64,000 bases of DNA from a virus. The stretch is taken from IMG/VR virus record IMGVR_UViG_3300045256_000567. One strand, 5' to 3'. Positions 20,132 through 29,844 of the stretch are shown in pieces. The translations under genes and the position numbers were made by a program. Below the pieces are notes generated by a model. The model saw only the letters and a list, made by a program, of their open reading frames with translations. It was not told the DNA's origin and did no database searches. Position 1 is the first letter of the stretch, and each line of letters starts with the position of its first letter.

Positions 20132-23100
20132 GGGTTTGGATGCAAAACAAGCACATAAATTTCATTGCTTATTGAATAGGGAAGGTTTAGCATTCTATAA
20201 CTTTGCGATGGCGTGTCAATTATAAGTTGATAAGGAATATATAAATTTTGTATAGAAGTATCTAAAATTCTTAGATTATAACAATAAGAGGTAGAAGTTA
20301 GAAAAACAGGGCGTATAAATTCATATGTACTTGAATCCAAAGGATCGTTTCTAGTATCAAAACCAGAGGATTTATTAATAATTAAGTTTGCGTCGCCATC
20401 TGCATTTAAAGCTATTATGTAATAAGTTTTTCCAGATTCAAATTTATATCCATGCGGGAAAAGTTTTTTATCACTAATAAATAGTGAATTATCGCTATTT
20501 ATATTATAGTTATTAATATCTAAAAGCAATTCATTAATTACGGCATTTTTATTACTTATTAAGTAATTAGTAACATTTAGACTAAAACTTGAAAATTTAT
20601 TTATATAATATTGATCATTAGAAATGACTTCTTCATTGTAAAGAAAATTCTCTATACATATATCTAAATGTTGAGATAAAAAAGAAAAGTAGCAAGGCAA
20701 ATAATAATTAAAATCAAAACTACTGTTTAACAAGTTTTTAAACGAAAAATTGTATGTATATATGAACGTTGCCGGAATTAAATCCTGTAAATCTTGGTTT
20801 TCAGGGTTGATAACATCAATATTAAAAACATATGGTCTAAAAACATGTACGGTACTTCTTGGAGATTTATCGGGGCTAGAAGAAAATTCGGCTAGAGATA
20901 CCCGTCCATTAAAATAGTTTAATATTTGACTAGTTGAGAGGTAATCGTTATTATTTAATTTAATATTTAAATTTAAATTTTTATCTTTAAAAACAATTGG
21001 TAAATACTCAACAAAAATAAAATCAAATACGGGGTAGGATAAAGAGGCATCATTTGTTGCCTGTGTTTTTGAAAAACTTTCACCTTTGAATTTTATTCTT
21101 ACAGAAAGCGGATCGTAAACATATGTGTCCTCGCTTAAGTATGTAGTGTATCCTCCTACGTCAATAAATGAAAAATATTCACTGTTTAATATATAAGGTT
21201 TAATATTGTTATTAACGTAATTAGACAATGGTAAATCTAAAGGAGGTATAAAATCAACTATATTATTATTTATTGATATAATATCAGTTTTTGAAGTAAA
21301 CTCATTATCAGAATTAATATTTGATGGTCCAAAATATGAGAATAATGAAAAAAATCTTGTAGGTGAATATTTGTTGCCATAATTAAATATATCAGAAAGA
21401 AATTGTAAAAACTCATTTAAGGCATTTGAGTTATTTTTTAAGGACACCAATGGAACGTGTGTAAAAACATTACGTACTATTGACAAATCCTGGTGAGATG
21501 GTAGCTGAGTTAAAAACATCATATCTTCAGATTGCCATGATGAGGAAGATACATCAACGCCTGGGTACGTTTGTGTTAAATAATTTAATGTTAAAGAATT
21601 TAAACTAGATATGAAATCATTAAAATTATTAAAATCTGGAATATCCAAAGTAAACTCTCTGGGAGTTTGATCATACGCGGGAACATACGAATATAAAATA
21701 AATCTGTTTGGGTTGTTTTTGTCGTTATTATTCTTATACAATACCACAACCGGTTTGTTGTTACTTGATAGACTTGTCAGATCAGAAAAATAAAAATTGT
21801 TTAAAACCCAAGCCTTTAAATTGCTGTAGGTATTTTTATTAAAATAATATTTTTTATCATTTTGAGCAAACTCATCCTCAACGAAAAGCTTTAGTGCTTT
21901 ATATACAAACAATCTCCCAAAATTTATAGATGGAAGACTTATAGAACCGGAATAAGATCCTAAGCTACTAGAATATGTACCTAAAGAAAGTATACTATTT
22001 ATAGTACTTGTAGAAAAATTACTTATTACATTATATATTGCGGGATAAAAATTATCTAAAAAATTTTTTGCAGTTAGGAAAATTCCCGAGTCTATTTGTG
22101 GATTTAAAAATTCAAATATACCCAATTTATTTAATGGATTTTGGTTATTTATTGTATTAAAAGAATATGTAAAATTTCCCGAAAAAGATAAATAATCTTT
22201 ATCAAAATGAAAGCAAACCTTTACTGGAACATTAGAAGTTTTTACATCAATTGTGCAATAAGTATCATTATTATTAGAAAATACAGCGCCATTATCAGTA
22301 TAAAAATCCTTAAATCCATTTTGTCCGCCTGTATTAAACCCAAAATTATTTACTTCTGGGGAGTATCCGAAAAATTTATTAGTTCCTATTGGTACAGATT
22401 CCATATTTTCAGCCGCAGTAATATTCTTAGAAAAGTTTAATGATGTTAGCGGACCTTCTGGATTTATTTTGTAAAATATTTCTTTCCCCGGAATTAATGA
22501 TAAAAAATAAAAATCATTTAAGTTATTACTATATTTACTATTCTCGTAATAAAAATTACTTATAGAAAAATTATTAATAGTAGTTTCATAAATATTATCT
22601 GAATTTGCTTTATAATTGCCGTCGTAGGTAAAAGGTAAGTATAAACTATATATGTAATATTTTGGATATATATTTTGTCCTATGCTTGGAGATACAAAAT
22701 TATAAGTTGGATCAATAGAATCATTTCCATATACAACAACAAAAATATCTATAGTAAGTATTCCTGCAAAAGAAAAACCCACATTAAACAAGTTTGTATT
22801 GTAAGTACTATCAAAAGAGCTTTCTGCCACGCCTATGGATTTATTTATATCTTGAATATTATAATTAATAGAAAAGCCGTTGTAGTAATTGTCTACAGGA
22901 TGATTATCCGGCAATTTGTCAAGTATTAAATTAACTAAACTTAAATCTACACCGGTATTACTGGGATCAATAAAAATGTACTTATTATTAATTTCATCAA
23001 AAATGGCAAATTTAGGAAGAACTTTTTCTTTAGTTAAATTGTTTAATAAAAAAGAAGAAACAACTTGCTTTAAAGTACTTTTTGTAGTTATATCAACAAA

Positions 23101-23253
23101 ACCCTTTCTTTTCCATGTCGGGGATTTTATATAATAAACATCTGGATAGGTATGTATTTTTATTGCTTCCCTATCAGGAAAAACAAAAGAAGAATTACCT
23201 ATGATATCTGGTGATGTGTATTCATTAATATCTGAACAACCTAAAGTTCTCAT
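20128..23253 (-). CDS. large Asn/Tyr/Phe-rich putative virion protein (1041 aa)
   Basis: Start moved to ATG 23253, 7 nt after TATAAT; the ORF-track extension runs through a palindrome. Confidence 0.65.
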   Translation of the reverse strand: MRTLGCSDINEYTSPDIIGNSSFVFPDREAIKIHTYPDVYYIKSPTWKRKGFVDITTKSTLKQVVSSFLLNNLTKEKVLPKFAIFDEINNKYIFIDPSNTGVDLSLVNLILDKLPDNHPVDNYYNGFSINYNIQDINKSIGVAESSFDSTYNTNLFNVGFSFAGILTIDIFVVVYGNDSIDPTYNFVSPSIGQNIYPKYYIYSLYLPFTYDGNYKANSDNIYETTINNFSISNFYYENSKYSNNLNDFYFLSLIPGKEIFYKINPEGPLTSLNFSKNITAAENMESVPIGTNKFFGYSPEVNNFGFNTGGQNGFKDFYTDNGAVFSNNNDTYCTIDVKTSNVPVKVCFHFDKDYLSFSGNFTYSFNTINNQNPLNKLGIFEFLNPQIDSGIFLTAKNFLDNFYPAIYNVISNFSTSTINSILSLGTYSSSLGSYSGSISLPSINFGRLFVYKALKLFVEDEFAQNDKKYYFNKNTYSNLKAWVLNNFYFSDLTSLSSNNKPVVVLYKNNNDKNNPNRFILYSYVPAYDQTPREFTLDIPDFNNFNDFISSLNSLTLNYLTQTYPGVDVSSSSWQSEDMMFLTQLPSHQDLSIVRNVFTHVPLVSLKNNSNALNEFLQFLSDIFNYGNKYSPTRFFSLFSYFGPSNINSDNEFTSKTDIISINNNIVDFIPPLDLPLSNYVNNNIKPYILNSEYFSFIDVGGYTTYLSEDTYVYDPLSVRIKFKGESFSKTQATNDASLSYPVFDFIFVEYLPIVFKDKNLNLNIKLNNNDYLSTSQILNYFNGRVSLAEFSSSPDKSPRSTVHVFRPYVFNIDVINPENQDLQDLIPATFIYTYNFSFKNLLNSSFDFNYYLPCYFSFLSQHLDICIENFLYNEEVISNDQYYINKFSSFSLNVTNYLISNKNAVINELLLDINNYNINSDNSLFISDKKLFPHGYKFESGKTYYIIALNADGDANLIINKSSGFDTRNDPLDSSTYEFIRPVFLTSTSYCYNLRILDTSIQNLYIPYQLIIDTPSQSYRMLNLPYSISNEIYVLVLHPNP

Positions 23254-23260
23254 AAAAGAA

Positions 23261-23353
23261 ATTATAGCAAAGTTTGCAGAAAACTTACAAAATATGTTTG
23301 CATTCATCCTACGCTTAAAAGCGTAGGCTTTCTGCAAACATATTTTGTAAAAT
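23261..23353. promoter_or_regulatory. palindromic IS605-type left end(s) forming a divergent promoter region
   Basis: 18-bp perfect inverted repeat 23285-23302/23333-23350 around the hairpin CCTACGCTT/AAGCGTAGG. On the minus strand, TTAC-15 nt-AAAG-hairpin. -10 boxes TATAAT (23266-23261) and TAAAAT (23348-23353). Confidence 0.75.
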
Positions 23354-23359
23354 ATTTCT

Positions 23360-24067
23360 ATGGAAAAGAAAATTAAATTAGAACTTAAAAAGAAACTTAT
23401 AGATCTAGTATCTCAATTTGAAGTTTCACGAGATTGGGGTAGGGTTGCTGGAAATTTTGATGGACAAATTTTGTCTTACGGTCCTTTACAGTGGAATATT
23501 GGACAAAGCACTCTTTTTTACGTTTTAAAAAGGATTCCTCAAGAAGTTTTGGAAAAATATCTTGGTTCTGATTTTGTTAAAAGTTTGTCCTCAAATTCTT
23601 CATTGAGGTATTTTGTTTTACACAATATCTTAGGCAAAAATGGAAATGTTCTTCCTGGTTGGTCTAAAAAATTTTCTGATCTAGCTAAAGAGCCTTCTGT
23701 TATATCCGCATTTGTAGTTTCTGCGGAGCCTTACTTTATAAAATCTAACGATTGTTTAAATGAACTTGGTTTTACTACAGAAAGAGGAGCAGCTTTATGT
23801 TTTGACATAACTGTACAAAATGGTGGTCTAAGAAAAGATCATAAAATTTTATATACTAGGTATATAAGCACTAAAAATCCGCAAAATGAGTGGGAAAAAT
23901 ATAAAATACTAGCAAATGTAATTGCTGAATTAGCTAACCCACAGTGGAAAAATGATGTATTAAATAGAAAACTTACCATTGCACTTGGTAAGGGTTCTGT
24001 GCATGGAGTAAATATAGATTTAGAAAAAGATTTTGATATTTCTTATAATCGAACCTGGTACATGTGA
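23360..24067 (+). CDS. lysozyme-fold peptidoglycan hydrolase (putative endolysin)
   Basis: FEVS...GNFDGQILSYGPLQWNIGQ and ALCFDITVQNGG, typical of lysozyme/chitosanase-fold muramidases. Confidence 0.7.
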   Translation: MEKKIKLELKKKLIDLVSQFEVSRDWGRVAGNFDGQILSYGPLQWNIGQSTLFYVLKRIPQEVLEKYLGSDFVKSLSSNSSLRYFVLHNILGKNGNVLPGWSKKFSDLAKEPSVISAFVVSAEPYFIKSNDCLNELGFTTERGAALCFDITVQNGGLRKDHKILYTRYISTKNPQNEWEKYKILANVIAELANPQWKNDVLNRKLTIALGKGSVHGVNIDLEKDFDISYNRTWYM

Positions 24068-24078
24068 CGACACCGCAC

Positions 24079-24312
24079 GTGACGACTCCCAATTCTAAAG
24101 AATTGGGCTTCTCGTAATTAACGAAGGCTCCGTCCAAGCCATTATCGGTATTTTCTTATTTTCCCGATGATTACCTTGAATCTTATAATTCAAGTACCTA
24201 CCAGCATTTTCAGCTTTGTAGGATTTGGTGTGCTTCTTTTGCACAAGTTTATTATAGCACAGTTTGCAGAAAGCCTACTCCTAAAATCACAGGCTTTCTG
24301 CAAACTTGTATT
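24079..24312 (-). mobile_element. non-autonomous IS605 derivative (MITE-like) carrying a stand-alone omega-RNA scaffold
   Basis: Left end TTAC|15 nt|AAAG-hairpin, tnpB remnants (24197-24222 matches 18998-19023 at 22/26), and a right end identical to that of tnpB over the last ~35 nt. Confidence 0.8.
24251..24278 (-). promoter_or_regulatory. promoter motif copy pointing into the omega-RNA-like sequence
   Basis: GTAGGCTTTCTGCAAACTGTGCTATAAT with no credible CDS downstream. Confidence 0.7.
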
Positions 24313-24334
24313 GTAAGAACATATAGTGTATACT
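24306..24334 (+). promoter_or_regulatory. sigma-A-type promoter, leaderless
   Basis: TTGTAT-17 nt-TATACT, 7 nt before ATG 24342. Confidence 0.6.
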
Positions 24335-24341
24335 AAACACA

Positions 24342-24914
24342 ATGGGCTTCTCACTATTTTTAGACGTTGCCTTAAGAAATACAGGTCTCGCATTAATTGA
24401 GGATTTGAACATCATAAATTTAGATATTATTAAATATAAAAACAGTTTTGACGGAATAGATTTTGTATCTATAGACGGGCACAGAAAGTTTTTAGTTAAA
24501 AACTTTAAAGAATTAAAGGAAAATTATAAAATAAAAAAACTAGATAGAATTTTTTTAGAAGCAGATGTTTTTGGATTTAGGAAGGGGGGGTTTAAAATAA
24601 AAGAACTAATGACTATAGTAAGAATTAATTATGCATTTTCATTACAGCAAGTTTTTAATTTAAATGCTAAGTATATAAAATTTATACCAGCACATATTTG
24701 GAAAAAAGAACTTTTCGGGTCTTCCAATATAAAAAAGCCTTTATATAAAGACTTTGTTATTAGTAAAGTTGAAGAAATAACATGCAGCACATTAAATAAA
24801 AAAATTTCTCACGATATAGTTGATTCTTTAGGAATCTTTTTATATGATTACAAAATGTCTTGCGGGAATTGTAATGATAATCTCGTTTTTTCTCCTCCTG
24901 ATGGACAATACTGA
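24342..24914 (+). CDS. RuvC-like Holliday junction resolvase
   Basis: LFLDVALRNTG, IFLEAD, PAHIWKK and HDIVDSLGI acidic-residue pattern. Confidence 0.75.
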   Translation: MGFSLFLDVALRNTGLALIEDLNIINLDIIKYKNSFDGIDFVSIDGHRKFLVKNFKELKENYKIKKLDRIFLEADVFGFRKGGFKIKELMTIVRINYAFSLQQVFNLNAKYIKFIPAHIWKKELFGSSNIKKPLYKDFVISKVEEITCSTLNKKISHDIVDSLGIFLYDYKMSCGNCNDNLVFSPPDGQY

Positions 24915-25001
24915 TACATATGTAGGTTAAAAACCACTTAAAAACTTTCCTCAATTAACCATCTAAAAAATGTGCTAACATAGAAAATCCAAGGAGAATA
25001 T

Positions 25002-27398
25002 ATGGATATATTAGATCGTTATTTATTAGTTGACGAAGGTAAATACAACTATGAGGAAATTGATAACTTTTTGATTGATATTTTTAACAAATTTTCAAAC
25101 AACAGATCAAAGTTTATAAGTAGCTTTGAAGAAGCATTAAATTATGGAGAACCAGAAAATTATCTTGATAAAGAAACTATTGATAACGCATTTAATGCTT
25201 TAAATAAAAGCGGATTAATTGATCAAATTAAAAACTCTCTAAAAAGTTTTTACAAAACAGAAGATTTAATAGAAGATTTCTTTTTACAAAATATTTCATA
25301 TGAGGTTTATTCTCAAAAATATCAATTAAAGTACAAAGACATTGACAACGAAATGTATCCCGTTGATAAAACTCCATTTCATACTATAGCTAGGGTAGCC
25401 CTAGCAGTATCTTTGGTTAGTACTAGGTACAGTACTAAAATTGATTACAAGACATTTAGAAATTTGTTTGTTAACTTTTTTTACATGCTCGCTATGGGAT
25501 ATAGCGCTGGTGGTGGAAGGATTATGGCAAATGCTGGTTCTTCAGTTTATAAAACTGCTACTTCTCTCATTAATTGTACTGTTATGAGTCAAATCCCTGA
25601 TTCTATGGAAGGAATTATGGATGTTTTAAAAGATGCCGCGCTTTCTTTGAAAAGCGGAGCTGGCGTTGGTTATGATTTTTCAACTATTAGACCTAAAGGT
25701 TCATTTGTGCAAGGTGCAGGTGCAGATACCTCGGGCGTTACATCTTTTGTAGAAATTTATGACAAGATGTGCTCTACTATTATGTCTGCTGGAGGCAGAC
25801 GAGGAGCACAAATGGCTGTTATTGATATACAGCATCCTGAATCTATAGAATTTTTTCAAGCAAAAAGAAAAGATGGAACTTTACGTTACTTTAACATTTC
25901 CTTGGCTCTAACGGATAAATTTATTAATGCAGTGAAAAATGATTTAGATTTTGAGCAATGGTTTTGGGAGTTTGATTCTTTTATTCCAAAAGATGAGTTG
26001 ATAAGAGATATGACGTTTAAGAATGAAAAAGTGGCAATTGTAAAAAAAGAAAGAACACCATTTGATTATTCTGATTTTAATTATTTTGTTTTTGAAGATT
26101 CTCATATGCTAATGAAATATGAAAAAGTGACTGAAGGGTTTGTAAAAGTTTATAAAAAGAAAGTATACAATAACACAAAGGCATCAGAACTATATGATGT
26201 AATAATGAATTCTACATATGATTATGCAGAACCCGGAATCATCTTTATAGATAGAATTAACGAAAACAACATTTTAAATGAAAAAGAATATATAAGAACA
26301 ACCAATCCATGCGGTGAGCAGCCTTTACCACCATATGGTTCGTGTAATCTTGGATCTATTTTTGTTCACCGATTCGTAAAATCTCCTTTTTCCAAAGAAG
26401 AACATAATAATAATTTTGATTTTGAAAACCTGGAAAAAACAGCATTTTTAATGAACATTTTCCTTGATTTTGTCAATGATATTACTAATTTGCCCTTGGT
26501 AGATTTAAAAAGAAACGCATACGTAAAGCGTAGACATGGACTTGGAATTTCTGGAATTGCAGATTTGTTTATTATGAGCGGATTAATTTATGGAGAAAAA
26601 GAATCTATTGATTTTACTGAAAATATTATGAAAACAATACAAAAAAGCTCGCTTATTGCAAATATATATATGTCCAACCTTATTTCTCCTGCACAGATTG
26701 ATATTAGCGTAAAAGATTGGTTTAGAGTTTTTCCACATTTAAAAAACCACGTTAATGAAATATCTTCCATATTTTCTGAGGATAAAGATAGTATAGAAAA
26801 TCTTCCTCTAAGATTTTCTCACGGAACTTCTATTGCCCCTACCGGAACTATGTCATTAACTTGGGGAAACAATGTAGCTAATGGTATCGAACCAGTATTT
26901 TCTATATCGTATCTAAGAAACATAAGAGTACCAGGAAAGAAAACTAAGGTTCAGGAAGAAGTATTTGATTTTGCAGCAATTCTTTATAAAAATATGTTTG
27001 GTAATTTTAAGAAAGAAGATTATTTTGTAACAACAGATGAGATTACAGTACAACAACACGTTAATGTGCAAGCTGCGGCACAAAAATATGTAGATTCTGC
27101 TATTTCAAAAACCTGCAATATTCCAACTGATTATCCTTTTGAAGATTTTAAAAAGGCTTACCTATCAGCACATGAAATGAGGTTAAAAGGATTTACAACA
27201 TTTAGATTTAATCCAAAGTTTTCTGTAGGAGTTCTTGTTAAAGAAAAAGATTTAGAAAATATGTCTATTGAGTTTGAGTTAGATAATGGAGAAAAAATTG
27301 TAGTAAAAGGTTCTGAAAAGGTGTTTTATGATGGGGAAGAGCATGTAGCTGCAAACCTTTATGAAGCAATAAAAGAAAACATCTATGGAAAAATGTGA
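25002..27398 (+). CDS. nrdJ: class II (B12-dependent) ribonucleotide reductase, large part
   Basis: LINCTV, GRRGAQM, EPGIIF, TNPCGEQPLPPYGSCNLGS, SIAPTGT and DSAISKT. Confidence 0.9.
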   Translation: MDILDRYLLVDEGKYNYEEIDNFLIDIFNKFSNNRSKFISSFEEALNYGEPENYLDKETIDNAFNALNKSGLIDQIKNSLKSFYKTEDLIEDFFLQNISYEVYSQKYQLKYKDIDNEMYPVDKTPFHTIARVALAVSLVSTRYSTKIDYKTFRNLFVNFFYMLAMGYSAGGGRIMANAGSSVYKTATSLINCTVMSQIPDSMEGIMDVLKDAALSLKSGAGVGYDFSTIRPKGSFVQGAGADTSGVTSFVEIYDKMCSTIMSAGGRRGAQMAVIDIQHPESIEFFQAKRKDGTLRYFNISLALTDKFINAVKNDLDFEQWFWEFDSFIPKDELIRDMTFKNEKVAIVKKERTPFDYSDFNYFVFEDSHMLMKYEKVTEGFVKVYKKKVYNNTKASELYDVIMNSTYDYAEPGIIFIDRINENNILNEKEYIRTTNPCGEQPLPPYGSCNLGSIFVHRFVKSPFSKEEHNNNFDFENLEKTAFLMNIFLDFVNDITNLPLVDLKRNAYVKRRHGLGISGIADLFIMSGLIYGEKESIDFTENIMKTIQKSSLIANIYMSNLISPAQIDISVKDWFRVFPHLKNHVNEISSIFSEDKDSIENLPLRFSHGTSIAPTGTMSLTWGNNVANGIEPVFSISYLRNIRVPGKKTKVQEEVFDFAAILYKNMFGNFKKEDYFVTTDEITVQQHVNVQAAAQKYVDSAISKTCNIPTDYPFEDFKKAYLSAHEMRLKGFTTFRFNPKFSVGVLVKEKDLENMSIEFELDNGEKIVVKGSEKVFYDGEEHVAANLYEAIKENIYGKM

Positions 27399-27401
27399 AA
27401 G

Positions 27402-28067
27402 GTGTATATGGTTGATATATCAAGTAAAATTTTAAATGTAAAGCTCTTAGAGAGCAGCAAAACAAATGAAAAAATCGAAAATCTTTCAACAACAGACAAT
27501 ACATCCTGCAATGAAACTCAAAAAGATACTTTAACAAGAGAAGACATAGTAAAAGGATTCACAATTAGAATTAAATACAATGAAGCTTCATATTATTTTG
27601 TTCTGAATTTTAATTCAAATAAAGAACTAGTAGAACTTTTTGTAAATTCTTCTACAACTTCTCCAGAAATTAATGCATTTATTCAAACGGTGGCAAGATT
27701 GGTTTCAAACTTATTAAAGTATAAGGTTCCAATAGATAAGATAATTAAGCACCTTGATGGAGTTGATTCCGGTCAAGTTTACATATGTCGTTTTCCTGGT
27801 AAGGATAAAGGTAAATTTATAAAAAGTATCCCTGATCTAATATCTAAAGTTCTTACTTATTATTCCGATTACGATTTTGTTCAATCTCTTATTTCAAATA
27901 ATAACTTTGAATCAGAACAAAATAATAATTCAGATATAAAAGAAGAGAAAAAAGAAATTAATAAAAAGAAAAATTCTTTTACTTGCCCATCTTGTGGTGA
28001 AAATAATGTTAAGATAGAGGAGGGCTGTCTTACTTGTTTGGATTGCGGGTGGAGTAAGTGTAGTTAA
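27402..28067 (+). CDS. NrdJb-like subunit (TSCPD domain plus Zn ribbon)
   Basis: ARLVSNLL, KSIPD and C-terminal CPSCG...EGCLTCLDCGWSKC. Confidence 0.8.
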   Translation: MYMVDISSKILNVKLLESSKTNEKIENLSTTDNTSCNETQKDTLTREDIVKGFTIRIKYNEASYYFVLNFNSNKELVELFVNSSTTSPEINAFIQTVARLVSNLLKYKVPIDKIIKHLDGVDSGQVYICRFPGKDKGKFIKSIPDLISKVLTYYSDYDFVQSLISNNNFESEQNNNSDIKEEKKEINKKKNSFTCPSCGENNVKIEEGCLTCLDCGWSKCS

Positions 28068-28105
28068 AAATTTAAATTTATGATATAGTATTAGTGAGGA
28101 GGTTT

Positions 28106-28567
28106 ATGCGCGAGTTTGAAGTAATTGATAATTGGACTAAAGAAGTAGAAGAACAGTATAATAGATTACACAAAAGGTATATTGAATTGGAAAAAAATAT
28201 AGAAGAGTTGAGTGCAGAGGAAAAGAAACTTGAAGATAAATGGAGGCATTTAAATCAAAACATTAGATTTTGTGAAATTTTAGAAAAATCACTAGATTTA
28301 GACAGATCTTTTGATAATAACCACACTTACTATAATGTTGAAAATAACAATAGAAGAGACGCGATTAAATTTTTAAAGAACGAACTTCAAAGCAAATCTC
28401 AAATAAAATATAACGAACTAAAAGCAGTTGAAGAAAAACTAGAATATTTAAAAAAAGAATATGAAGTCGTTAAAGCAAAAATGAGTAGTTATAGTAGTTT
28501 GCTTAATTACTTAAATCCAGTAAACAACACATTAAATAAAATAATGCTTAATCAAGAGGATTTTTAG
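28106..28567 (+). CDS. coiled-coil hypothetical protein
   Basis: GAGGAGG RBS before ATG 28106; heptad-like sequence. Confidence 0.7.
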   Translation: MREFEVIDNWTKEVEEQYNRLHKRYIELEKNIEELSAEEKKLEDKWRHLNQNIRFCEILEKSLDLDRSFDNNHTYYNVENNNRRDAIKFLKNELQSKSQIKYNELKAVEEKLEYLKKEYEVVKAKMSSYSSLLNYLNPVNNTLNKIMLNQEDF

Positions 28568-28605
28568 GCGCTAAGCAAATAAAAAAATTAATCTAGGAGA
28601 ACGAA

Positions 28606-28806
28606 ATGGACATAAATAAGCTAAACGAAGAAAGAGAACAGCTTTTAAACGAGCTAGCTAGAGTTGAAAAAATGCTAAAAGACCTAGAAACTAGAAAAAA
28701 GCTAGTAAGCGAAAGATTAATTTATCTAGAAGGTGCATTAGATGCAATAAGAACTATACAAATTCAACAACAATCCGCACCAAACGAAGAAATTGTTAAT
28801 ATTTAA
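28606..28806 (+). CDS. small coiled-coil protein
   Basis: AGGAG RBS; heptad pattern. Confidence 0.7.
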   Translation: MDINKLNEEREQLLNELARVEKMLKDLETRKKLVSERLIYLEGALDAIRTIQIQQQSAPNEEIVNI

Positions 28807-28817
28807 AGGAGACAAAA

Positions 28818-29261
28818 ATGCTTTTAGATCAAAATGGAAACCCAATTATTACCGAATCGGAAAAAAAGAACATGTACGTCCCATCTTTTTTAGGTGTGTA
28901 TACTGCTGTTTATGAAAATAAACAAGTCGTAACGGAAAATCAACAACCAGCTTTTATTCTAATGTTTATTGTTCCTACAAAAAAATTTGAACTATATTCT
29001 CAAAATACAGAAGTTTTAGTAAATATAATCAGGAGTCAATTAGTAAATTACTATGTTTCAGATTTTCTAAAAAAAGATTTAAAAAATATTTCTCAAGAAG
29101 AACTTGAAAAACTAGCTTTGGATTTTATGTCAAATTACAAAGTAGAAATTTCTCCACAAGGAATTCCAATGGATTACGTAACTGTAGATAACATTGATGA
29201 AAAAGAAATTCTTAAGGAACTAGAAGCAATCAAAACTGAAGAAAAAGATAACCAAAATTAA
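28818..29261 (+). CDS. hypothetical protein
   Basis: AAGGAG RBS; operonic. Confidence 0.7.
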   Translation: MLLDQNGNPIITESEKKNMYVPSFLGVYTAVYENKQVVTENQQPAFILMFIVPTKKFELYSQNTEVLVNIIRSQLVNYYVSDFLKKDLKNISQEELEKLALDFMSNYKVEISPQGIPMDYVTVDNIDEKEILKELEAIKTEEKDNQN

Positions 29262-29276
29262 AAATAAGGAAAAAAT

Positions 29277-29618
29277 ATGCTAAAAGAAGTTTTTTCTTCA
29301 GTACAATTAATAAATTCTGTTTTAATAAGAATATCAAAAAGTGAGGAAAGATACACCCAAAGTGGCTTATTTATTCCAGTGGACGATAAACCTACAAATT
29401 ATGGACTTCTTTTAAAAAAATCGTCTTTTGTAACAAAGGAGTTTGAGAATTTTAATGAAGTACTAAATTCAATGGACGAAGGATGCACAGTTTTTTTTAA
29501 CGCAAAAGCTACATATAATGTGATTGAATTAGATGTAGGTATAAATGATAACAATTCAAAGTATTTAATAGTTCCGCTAGATCAGATACAGGCGTTTTCG
29601 GTCACACCGAAAGGCTGA
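29277..29618 (+). CDS. GroES-like co-chaperonin
   Basis: NSVLIRISKSEERYTQSGLFIP (mobile loop), EGCTVFF and YLIVPLDQIQA. Confidence 0.65.
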   Translation: MLKEVFSSVQLINSVLIRISKSEERYTQSGLFIPVDDKPTNYGLLLKKSSFVTKEFENFNEVLNSMDEGCTVFFNAKATYNVIELDVGINDNNSKYLIVPLDQIQAFSVTPKG

Positions 29619-29632
29619 AAATAGGAGGTGTT

Positions 29633-29842
29633 GTGGACATAGTAGTTAAAACTAAGGAATCATGTTCGTGTAAATTTGTTGATACATTTCGGGTTATTAA
29701 TAATGAAGGGGTTTTTAAACTATATGTTAATGGAGTATTAATTGGGGATGGTATAGAAAAAATAAAAAATTTTTTCGAGAATATAAAAGAAAACTTAGAT
29801 TTAGAGGATTACAATAAAGTAATTAAATTTTTGGAGTTCTGA
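29633..29842 (+). CDS. hypothetical protein
   Basis: GGAGGT RBS before GTG. Confidence 0.6.
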   Translation: MDIVVKTKESCSCKFVDTFRVINNEGVFKLYVNGVLIGDGIEKIKNFFENIKENLDLEDYNKVIKFLEF

Positions 29843-29844
29843 AA

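Noticed and set aside
23254-23337. N-terminal extension of the 1069-aa ORF
   Set aside because: It runs through the palindromic IS end and promoter; ATG 23253 fits the leaderless geometry.
24190-24393. 67-aa minus-strand ORF
   Set aside because: It crosses the palindrome and overlaps the resolvase start; no RBS; better explained as a MITE or ncRNA.
25940-26180. Intein or intron in the RNR gene
   Set aside because: The frame is uninterrupted, with no C/S-start...HN-end intein signature and no homing endonuclease motif.
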